Assembly (NCBI GenBank): GCA_050013255.1
Contig: JBEKFP010000002.1
Location: 32,001-96,000 of the forward strand
DNA: 64,000 nucleotides
Origin: Candidatus Bathyarchaeia archaeon
GTDB lineage: Archaea > Thermoproteota > Bathyarchaeia > 40CM-2-53-6
Direction: 5' to 3'
Positions 56,602 to 64,000 of this stretch are shown here, piece after piece (positions within the stretch are counted from its first letter, which is position 1; every line of letters begins with the position of its first letter). The position numbers and the translations under genes are program-made. The notes under the pieces are model-generated. The model saw only the letters and a program-made list of their open reading frames with translations, did not search any database and was not told the DNA's origin.

Positions 56602-58275
56602 TCACTGAACGAACTTGTTTACTATGGGCATTTTCCAGCCCAAGCCAAAGGCTTTCTTCGTTATCTTGATTGACGGCGCAGCTTGATGCCGCTTGTATTC
56701 CGCACCCCTGATTCGGCGTACTGTGTCCTCCACAACATTCTGGGGGAACCCTTTCTGAATCAGCTCTGCCCTGGACAGGCGGTTCTCAATCACCTCATCG
56801 ACGAGTGGCGAGACGACGGGATAGTCGAATGGGTCGAATTGATCAGGCCGCAATTCAGCTGAAGGAATCTTGCTAAAACAATTCTCCGGAATGACCGACT
56901 TCGCTACCTTCTTGTTGTAGTATCGAGCGAGGGCGTAAACCTCCATTTTGCTTACGTCACCGATTACCTCGAGGCCACCGCTCATATCCCCGTAGAGGGT
57001 TGCGTATCCTAGGGCCAACTCGGTTTTGTTGCCTGTTGCAAGGACCAGGCCGCCGAATTTGTTCGATAATGCCATCAGTATGTTCCCTCGTATACGGGAT
57101 TGGAGGTTCTCCTCTGCCACGTCTGCGGGGCGTCCTTTGAAGTGCGGCGTTAGCTGGTTCAGGTATGCGGTGAAGATTGGCTCTATGGGGATGGAGAGAT
57201 ACTTAGTGCCTAGATTCTCTGACAAGAGCTGTGCATCGCTCTTGCTGTGGTCGCTTGAATAACGTGAAGGCATCGAAACCCCTGTCACGTTCTCATTTCC
57301 AAGCGCAGAAGCCGCGATCACAGCGACTAGTGATGAATCGATTCCACCACTGAGGCCCACGAGTGCGTGTTTGAAGCCTGTTTTCCTAAAATAATCCTTC
57401 ACGCCGAGAACGAGGGCGTCGAACATCGCCTGATCTTGATTCGACGTGGGCTCTGGAACTTCGTGTGCACCGAACCCATTCGAATCGACGTCTACAATAA
57501 TCAAATCCTCCTCGAACTGTTTACCTATTCCGATTAGCCGACCTTTCGCGTCTACGGCGATGCTTTCGCCATCGAAGATCAGCTCATCTTGCCCTCCAAC
57601 CTGGTTGACGTAGAAGATTGGCACGTTAAGCCGAGCCGCTTTTCTCTTCAGGATTCGCAAACGAATGTCGCGGATTTTGTTGTGGAATGGGGAAGCGTTG
57701 AGGTTCACAATTAGGCGGGCGCCCTGTTCGCCCAGGGCGTCAACAACCTTCACGCCGTAGCCTACTTCTTCATCCCAAATGTCTTCGCATATGGATGTGC
57801 CAAGTGAAACCTTCTGCCCTTCAATCTCCACGGTCATGGGTTTGTTTACGAGGGCGGAGGTGAAGTATCGCTGTTCATCAAATACATCGTAGGTTGGGAG
57901 AAGTGTCTTGTAGACTATGCCCCTTACGCTACCTCGACTGATGATTGCGGCTGCGTTGAATAGGTTGACGTCATCGTAATCGACAAATCCGACAACCGCC
58001 GTGATCGGCCCGATTTCTTTGGCGAGGTCAAGGACATGTTGTTTGTTTAGTCGAACGAACTCATCCTGTTCAGGCTTGCGATCGCCCGCGGGCGGCCGAG
58101 TCTCACGAGGGGGTAGCAGGTCGAGTGGCGGATAGCCGGTAATGGCCATTTCGGGAAAGGCTACGAGGTCAGCTTTGGCTTGCTCAGCCTTGCGAGCGTA
58201 TTCTAGGATTAGTCGTGCATTACCATCCAAGTCACCGACGGTTGGGTTGATTTGCGCCATTGCGATGCGCGGCAA
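56602..58275 (-). CDS. nadE: Glutamine-dependent NAD+ synthetase
   Basis: QINPTVGD, FPE, ICEDIW nitrilase domain; GLSGGIDS, ENLQSRIRG, TGNKTE, PSAELRPDQ. Confidence 0.95.
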   Translation of the reverse strand: MPRIAMAQINPTVGDLDGNARLILEYARKAEQAKADLVAFPEMAITGYPPLDLLPPRETRPPAGDRKPEQDEFVRLNKQHVLDLAKEIGPITAVVGFVDYDDVNLFNAAAIISRGSVRGIVYKTLLPTYDVFDEQRYFTSALVNKPMTVEIEGQKVSLGTSICEDIWDEEVGYGVKVVDALGEQGARLIVNLNASPFHNKIRDIRLRILKRKAARLNVPIFYVNQVGGQDELIFDGESIAVDAKGRLIGIGKQFEEDLIIVDVDSNGFGAHEVPEPTSNQDQAMFDALVLGVKDYFRKTGFKHALVGLSGGIDSSLVAVIAASALGNENVTGVSMPSRYSSDHSKSDAQLLSENLGTKYLSIPIEPIFTAYLNQLTPHFKGRPADVAEENLQSRIRGNILMALSNKFGGLVLATGNKTELALGYATLYGDMSGGLEVIGDVSKMEVYALARYYNKKVAKSVIPENCFSKIPSAELRPDQFDPFDYPVVSPLVDEVIENRLSRAELIQKGFPQNVVEDTVRRIRGAEYKRHQAAPSIKITKKAFGLGWKMPIVNKFVQ

Positions 58276-58445
58276 ATGATATCAATGCGACTAAGCGGGT
58301 TTGGAAACAAAAAGGCTTTGCAGTATTGACTTTTCGAAGTCAAGAAGAGATTTGGACGTTCCCTGACTTTAGCGTACGCCCGAACCGTTTGAAGGGGGGG
58401 GAGGTGTCGCCTGTTTAGGAGCAAACTATGTTACCTGATCTAATT

Positions 58446-59276
58446 TTACTCGTACAGCTGATCCAACGCCTTCCGGAATGTGGAAGCGAATTCGGTTGGT
58501 TCTCGTTCCTTCGGAACATCTTTCATAGTATGCCCGTTGAATGTGACTTGCAACCCGCACAGTAATGCCTCGTGAACCATTCTTGGCAGGCCGTCTTCTG
58601 TGGTCATGCGAATCAACCTCTTGTGGCGCCTGTACAGCGCTGGCATTTGGGAGCGTTCAACGAATGGGATGACTCCGAGGTTCGGTAATTGGATCGTATA
58701 GTTTGCTGGGTGGGCAACATTCCCGATTATGGTGATCTTTTCCTCTGGGTGAGCCTTCGCATATTCGATAATCCATGATAAGCGGTAGATTTTCTCGTTT
58801 GCTTCGCCGCTCGGACAATAATACAGCACATCCCGGTCGGGAGTAACTTGCAGAAGCTTCCCCCGCTTGAATGCCTCAGTGGCAATAGGGAACGGCAATA
58901 CCAACCCTTTCTGTCCTATCATTTCCTCAAGATGGGGCGAAACGTAGAACAACAGGTCGCAGTGCCGGAGGACGTACCTCCAGTACCGTTGCCTCCAGGA
59001 AGACAGCTCGCGTTTAACCCAATACGCGTCGCTGCCCACAAAATGAACGATCGTTTTCCTTCCGAGCAGTTTGGCGGCCAGAATGTAGCGGCTACACGTC
59101 TGGAGGTAGATCCCATAGACAACGCCGCACCTCAATATTTTCCTAAGGCTGGGGATCTTGACTTGGTCGGTCCATTCGGCGTCGATTCCGTTGGACCGGA
59201 GAACTTCAGCTACCATGTCGGCGTTAGGTGAGCCTGCACCAACTGCTAAAATCCTGGGTCGTTTCTCGGTCCTCAT
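58446..59276 (-). CDS. Glycosyltransferase (GT-B-like)
   Basis: VHFVGSDA, DGLPRMVHEALLCG; within a GT operon. Confidence 0.65.
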   Translation of the reverse strand: MRTEKRPRILAVGAGSPNADMVAEVLRSNGIDAEWTDQVKIPSLRKILRCGVVYGIYLQTCSRYILAAKLLGRKTIVHFVGSDAYWVKRELSSWRQRYWRYVLRHCDLLFYVSPHLEEMIGQKGLVLPFPIATEAFKRGKLLQVTPDRDVLYYCPSGEANEKIYRLSWIIEYAKAHPEEKITIIGNVAHPANYTIQLPNLGVIPFVERSQMPALYRRHKRLIRMTTEDGLPRMVHEALLCGLQVTFNGHTMKDVPKEREPTEFASTFRKALDQLYE

Positions 59277-60388
59277 AATTGCTGTCTCCTAGCGGCCCTT
59301 TCAGCCTCGTCGATGATCAAGCGTTCGACCTGTGGAGCTATCGTCGCCCACCCGAAGTTTTCAGAGACCCACTTACGCCCCTCTGTTCCCAAACGCTCAG
59401 CCAGTTTTGCGTCTTCTATAAGACTCCGTATACGGTGGACCCATTCGTCTATGTTCTGATTATCAATGCTCCACCCTGTGAGTCCATCGGATATGATCTC
59501 GGGTACTCCTCCCACTCGGCTTCCTAAGACTGGTTTTCGCATGAGTGACGCTTCCAATACGGTTGTGGGACAGCAGTCCAAGTTTGAGGCCAACACGTAC
59601 AAGTCTGAGCTGGCCAGAAGCCGCCTGACACCCTCAGGATGGCCGATGCCTGAAAGGAAATGCACGTTCTTAAATTGGCCGAGGCTTTTCTCGACAAGAG
59701 GAAAGTAGCTTTGCCTAATGTCCTCTCCTGACGAGACATAGAAATTGACTTCTGGTAACTTTGAGATCACCGTTCCGAAGTTCAGTAACCCCAAGGTCTT
59801 TTCGTAAACGGTGTGATTTTGAATAATCGCCACAGCCGGATGCTTCAGTTCTATTCCAGGTGTGGGGAAGAATTCCGCTGGGTCAACGCCCTGGTACACC
59901 ACCTCCGTGGGCTTCGAGGGGAGATGCCTGCGGACCTCACTTTGCAACCACCTGCATATCGGCGTGACCCTGTCAGCGAGACCAACTCCAAGGAGACTAC
60001 TAGCGTAGAGCGGAAATCCTAACAGTTTCGATTTTACGCGTGACCGTTTTCCCCATTCAAAGAATTCCCTCCAAAGGTCTCCTCTTAAGTGAACAATTAT
60101 CGGAATCTTACGCTGGGGGGCCAACTGCGAGAGTTTCAAATGGAAAGCGTAGAGCGGGCTATCAGTATAGACTACGTCTGGGTTGAATTTCGCTAGAGCT
60201 TTCCGTGTGTCGCTGTCACCCAACATGCTTTCGAACACATTCCATAATCCGCTACCTTGGGGGCCCGCACGTGTTCTTGGGTAGGAAGGGGCCACGACTT
60301 CCGTCTCGAGTGACCCAGAGAAGTGCTGTATCATGCTTAGGAAGAAATCACGCTTAACTGGGGCCGCAACGAATGAGACTCGAACCAA
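59273..60388 (-). CDS. Glycosyltransferase family 4
   Basis: VYQGVD, DCCPTTVLEASLMRKPVLGSRVGGVPEII. Confidence 0.85.
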   Translation of the reverse strand: MVRVSFVAAPVKRDFFLSMIQHFSGSLETEVVAPSYPRTRAGPQGSGLWNVFESMLGDSDTRKALAKFNPDVVYTDSPLYAFHLKLSQLAPQRKIPIIVHLRGDLWREFFEWGKRSRVKSKLLGFPLYASSLLGVGLADRVTPICRWLQSEVRRHLPSKPTEVVYQGVDPAEFFPTPGIELKHPAVAIIQNHTVYEKTLGLLNFGTVISKLPEVNFYVSSGEDIRQSYFPLVEKSLGQFKNVHFLSGIGHPEGVRRLLASSDLYVLASNLDCCPTTVLEASLMRKPVLGSRVGGVPEIISDGLTGWSIDNQNIDEWVHRIRSLIEDAKLAERLGTEGRKWVSENFGWATIAPQVERLIIDEAERAARRQQL

Positions 60389-60397
60389 TTCTAAGCC

Positions 60398-61912
60398 CTA
60401 CGTAGTCTTCTCTAGTAGTACGTAATCGTTGCGCTCCATTACTTGCTTGAATTCGGGTAATTCAATGGCGTCGGTGGGAACTGCCCTCCTGTCTACCAAG
60501 ACGAAGTTTATGGCGTATTCTTGGGTGAGATTTTTCAAGGGAACAGTGAGAATAGGGAAAAAGGCTGCGAGCTTTCCATAATTCTGTGCGCTCATGGTAT
60601 AGAATACTTTCTTCCCAGTGAAGTAGGGGACGGCGTATGTGTGAGAGGAAGGTAGGCAGATGACCCCGTCCTTCTTTGAACTTTTCAAGTAATCAAAGAT
60701 GTCTTTGAGAAGCGCTTGGTCGTCAGTCCTGCTACGTTCCCTAATACGCGTCCAACCCCTAGCGTTTTGAACTAGTGACAATAAGAATGCAACACCCATT
60801 ACAATTAGCTTCCAGTAGGAAAATTGTTGCCAGACGAACAGAGCGCACACAAGCGCCGAAGGAAATGCGTTGTAGTCCAGAAACTGCGTTCTTCCCGGAT
60901 AGTGACCCAAGAAACGCAGGTGTGTGGCTGCATAGTAGAACACGAGCGTTAGGACAGACCATTGGAAGGTCGTCCATTCCCACGATCCTCTAATGCCGAC
61001 AAGAGGCAACAGGAGGGCAACAAGTGCGAATGGGTTGAACGGGTTCAACTCAAGAAGCCAGTAAATTGGGTTTGCGCGCTTAGTTTGTTGCCAGACCCGC
61101 CTTATGGATAGGGCTGAACCCTGCTCTTGCCTTCCGGTTTCGATTCGTCTTCCGCTACCGTCTGTGATCCTATGGCCTAGAACTGGCGAACCGTACTCCT
61201 TGTAATGCTTCAGCCAGAACTTGTTAATGCCGAGTTGACCACGCAATACCTTCAGGTAAAATCCGCCCGAAAAAATCAATGCTCCGAGAACGGCAGCGAT
61301 GAAAGCTACCGCAGGCAGGATGGACCAGCTTAGAATGGTGAAAGAAACTGAGAGTAACAGCAAGACCTCTGATGCGAACTTGTGGGAAAGGAGGACTAGA
61401 ATTCCACCGATGACCATGAAGGGCATGAAAAGGAGGTTATGAGTAGATTGATAGAGCACGAAACTTAGCAGCGTGACATTGAACAATACCATCCCGAAAA
61501 TTCTGGTGCTCAGGATTAAGCTTTCTTCCAAAACCACAGGCGTGAATGAATAGACTATCCCTGCGACTGAGCCAAGGAAGATGTCCCCCGTAAGGATGTA
61601 GCCCGAAAGGCATAGGAGGCTGGCATTAACGCTGTCCATTATTGGGTTAATGAGCCAGTTGTATTTCCTTAGCCACGACAAAGGAAAGAGCGAAAGAAAA
61701 TAGAAGAAAAATGGCGGGTAGTCGTGTTCTCCGGGAAGGAGAAAATATTTTGAGACACCGTTGTACCCTCCTCCCTGCTTCAATAGGTCGACGACAAGTA
61801 GAATTGCCCAGGTGTCATGCCCGATTAGCGGTTTCCCAATTCTGGGAAGAGCCCTCAGAGCAAAGCAGAGGAGCCCAACACCGAACAAAACCGCGGGCAC
61901 GGTGAAGTCCAA
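60398..61912 (-). CDS. Polytopic GT-C-like membrane protein
   Basis: GHDTW...DYPPFF loop, YSFTP, many TMs, soluble C-terminal domain. Confidence 0.55.
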   Translation of the reverse strand: MDFTVPAVLFGVGLLCFALRALPRIGKPLIGHDTWAILLVVDLLKQGGGYNGVSKYFLLPGEHDYPPFFFYFLSLFPLSWLRKYNWLINPIMDSVNASLLCLSGYILTGDIFLGSVAGIVYSFTPVVLEESLILSTRIFGMVLFNVTLLSFVLYQSTHNLLFMPFMVIGGILVLLSHKFASEVLLLLSVSFTILSWSILPAVAFIAAVLGALIFSGGFYLKVLRGQLGINKFWLKHYKEYGSPVLGHRITDGSGRRIETGRQEQGSALSIRRVWQQTKRANPIYWLLELNPFNPFALVALLLPLVGIRGSWEWTTFQWSVLTLVFYYAATHLRFLGHYPGRTQFLDYNAFPSALVCALFVWQQFSYWKLIVMGVAFLLSLVQNARGWTRIRERSRTDDQALLKDIFDYLKSSKKDGVICLPSSHTYAVPYFTGKKVFYTMSAQNYGKLAAFFPILTVPLKNLTQEYAINFVLVDRRAVPTDAIELPEFKQVMERNDYVLLEKTT

Positions 61913-61982
61913 GACTAATCCTTGGTCCCGACAGCATCAAATCTGTTCATGTCATGTCGCATTGGTAAGGGCGATTGGGATT

Positions 61983-63167
61983 TCATTTGGTCAATTCCTC
62001 ATACACGGCTTCATATTTCCTGCACGCGGCCTCAAGCGAGAAGTTGCTCCGAATGTATGCCTGCGCGTTTCGGCCTATTTGTTCCCTGAGCTTCCTATCG
62101 GAAAGCAATTTCACGAGGGCGTTCGAAATGTCCTGAGCGTTCCCCGGCCGGACAAGGGCTATATTCTCCCAGTTTTTCAGCCTGAGGTTCATGAAGTTGT
62201 CTTCTTTCGCGGACGATAGGACCGCTTTTCCCGCCGCCATGGCTTCAAGGCTAGCCAATCCTATGCCCAAGCCTGTGTCGAGGTCGTGCCCCTCCACATC
62301 GCTCGCCCCTATGTAGGAAGGTATCATTGCATAATCGACTCTTCCGCAAAAGATCACTGATTTCTCGAGCTCCAGTTTCCTAACCAGTTCAAGGGGGCTA
62401 TTGTCATACAACGGCCCGACGACCAACAATCTTACAGCCGGAAACTCTTGCAAGACAGAGGGTAGAGCGTTTAGGAGCCCATTAGCGGTCCGAAGGTTTG
62501 ACATAGTTCCTAGCGAAAGGACGGCCGGATCCTCAGGACCTAGGCCGAATTGACGCCTTATGGCATCACCTGATACGTTCTGGAAACGTTCCAGATCAAC
62601 GCCGACCGGAATAAATTTGATTGCGTGGTCACTGGGGTTGTACCGATCTTTCATGTAATCGTGCATCAATTTGTCCATGGCTATGAGTTTGTTGACCCTA
62701 CGGGCCACAAGTTGTTTGATTAGCGTTTTATCCACCAAGCGAAAGAAAGTGTCGTACATGAATTGAGTGTGCTCCATCCTAGTGCCTATTGTGAGCACAA
62801 TAGGCAGACGCATGATTTTCGCTGCTAGAACGCACAGGAATGTTAAATCAAAGAACTGCCCAAACATCTGTACGACTTCAACTTTCTCTCTCATCAAAAT
62901 GCGTGCAACATGCCAGAAATTCCCGGGCATGAGATTGCTGTAGAGGTCAGCCTTATGCAATATCTCAAGTTTTGGGTACCTAACCGACCTGAGCCGATAG
63001 ACCGTCATTCCATCTAACTTCTCAGTGCTCGGTGGCCCACCGATGCTGGAGGTGATTACCGTTAGCTTGTGCCCGGTTTCGGAAAGTTTCCGCGCGAGGA
63101 GGTACGCTGCTCTGGCAGTTCCACTAACGTGTGGAGGAAAGAAAGTGTTGACTACGCAAATGTTCAT
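61983..63167 (-). CDS. Glycosyltransferase family 4
   Basis: FFPPHVSG, IPVGVD, LEAMAAGKAV. Confidence 0.88.
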   Translation of the reverse strand: MNICVVNTFFPPHVSGTARAAYLLARKLSETGHKLTVITSSIGGPPSTEKLDGMTVYRLRSVRYPKLEILHKADLYSNLMPGNFWHVARILMREKVEVVQMFGQFFDLTFLCVLAAKIMRLPIVLTIGTRMEHTQFMYDTFFRLVDKTLIKQLVARRVNKLIAMDKLMHDYMKDRYNPSDHAIKFIPVGVDLERFQNVSGDAIRRQFGLGPEDPAVLSLGTMSNLRTANGLLNALPSVLQEFPAVRLLVVGPLYDNSPLELVRKLELEKSVIFCGRVDYAMIPSYIGASDVEGHDLDTGLGIGLASLEAMAAGKAVLSSAKEDNFMNLRLKNWENIALVRPGNAQDISNALVKLLSDRKLREQIGRNAQAYIRSNFSLEAACRKYEAVYEELTK

Positions 63168-63265
63168 GTCGCGACGCCAGGTATTTTTCAGCTATCCACC
63201 AACAGTCTGATACAAAGCTCACCATGTTCTCGGTGGGAAGAGTGCTGTCATGTGTTCTCCTCGCT

Positions 63266-64000
63266 CTAATATTCCAATTGTCCGGTTAGAACTTTGAAAA
63301 CCGACACTTGTTCGTTCTGGTAGAGCTGGTCGTATTGCCCTTGGTCTTTAATCGTGGTCAGGAGGAGCGTATCCATTGAAAGAGTGTTGAGTGGAGGAAA
63401 ACCATTCGTTCTTGCCACATCCAAGTTTACCTTTCTGATTCCCGTGATGAGGTAGATTGGCTCAGGGGGTTCCCCTTGAAGTTTCAGTTGGATTCTGGTC
63501 AAGTTGCCAGTGTGCAGGTCTGGATATACGATGAAGGCGTATAGTGTCACATTCTGTCCGGAAACTGTCACATTTTGGATGCCCATGATCGTTCGCTCAG
63601 CCGCGATTGCTTCGTACGTCAGGATTGGTTCCTCAACACCAACCGCAAGCACAAGCGCGTCCTGCGGCGAGTTATGCCTAACGTAGTCAAACGCATAGTA
63701 CTCTTGGTCGGTCATAGTCTTGTAGTAGTGGCTATCCAGGATTCCCAGCCCGCCAGCAGTTGGTGCCTTGTAATAGTTTAACGCGCTAAGGTTCGCGACG
63801 CACAGCGAAATAATCACCAACACTGTAAGAACCCTTACGATGGCTTTGTATGAAATTGGTTTAGGCCTTGCTGCCATGTTCGTTTGTAAATAGTCTAAGC
63901 CAACCACTATGGCATAGGCCGCTAGGATAGCGATTGGCATAGCAAGCCAGCTAAACATGTAGACGCTACTATCCCCAGCGCCAGCGAAACCTACGTTGTA
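63266..64000 (-). CDS. Membrane protein, C-terminal part (runs off the window end), possibly GT-C-like
   Basis: Frame open to position 64000; TMs followed by EYYAFDYVR..SP.DA.V soluble tail. Confidence 0.55.
   Translation of the reverse strand, partial: YNVGFAGAGDSSVYMFSWLAMPIAILAAYAIVVGLDYLQTNMAARPKPISYKAIVRVLTVLVIISLCVANLSALNYYKAPTAGGLGILDSHYYKTMTDQEYYAFDYVRHNSPQDALVLAVGVEEPILTYEAIAAERTIMGIQNVTVSGQNVTLYAFIVYPDLHTGNLTRIQLKLQGEPPEPIYLITGIRKVNLDVARTNGFPPLNTLSMDTLLLTTIKDQGQYDQLYQNEQVSVFKVLTGQLEY

Noticed and set aside
695-63781. Numerous 60-190 aa ORFs antisense to or nested in long genes
   Set aside because: Shadow ORFs of well-supported genes, without recognisable motifs

Overview
Gene-dense archaeal DNA, most consistent with Bathyarchaeia or a related TACK lineage (archaeosortases with PEF/PGF-CTERM targets, KaiC/RAD55 ATPases, archaeal HMG-CoA synthase, TrmI, many TTG starts); this assignment is an inference. 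About 1.9-30 kb is a cell-envelope locus: two different archaeosortases (one Cys-type, one Ser-type), three sorting-signal substrates including a 1473-aa S-layer-like protein, a receptor-like membrane KaiC ATPase, a soluble KaiC, three GT-C (GT87/PIG-M-like) glycosyltransferases, two Dol-P-sugar synthase-like GT2s and an epimerase. The rest is housekeeping and transport genes plus a second glycosylation cluster at 54-64 kb. The most striking signal is a pair of related mobile elements, each bounded by IS6-like terminal inverted repeats and an exact 8-bp target-site duplication, both ending in the same omega-RNA-like scaffold. Element 1 (30149-31427) carries an intact TnpB. Element 2 (50803-51527) has lost TnpB and carries a small HNH nuclease-like gene instead. 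Neither encodes a transposase. No rRNA, tRNA or CRISPR array was recognised.
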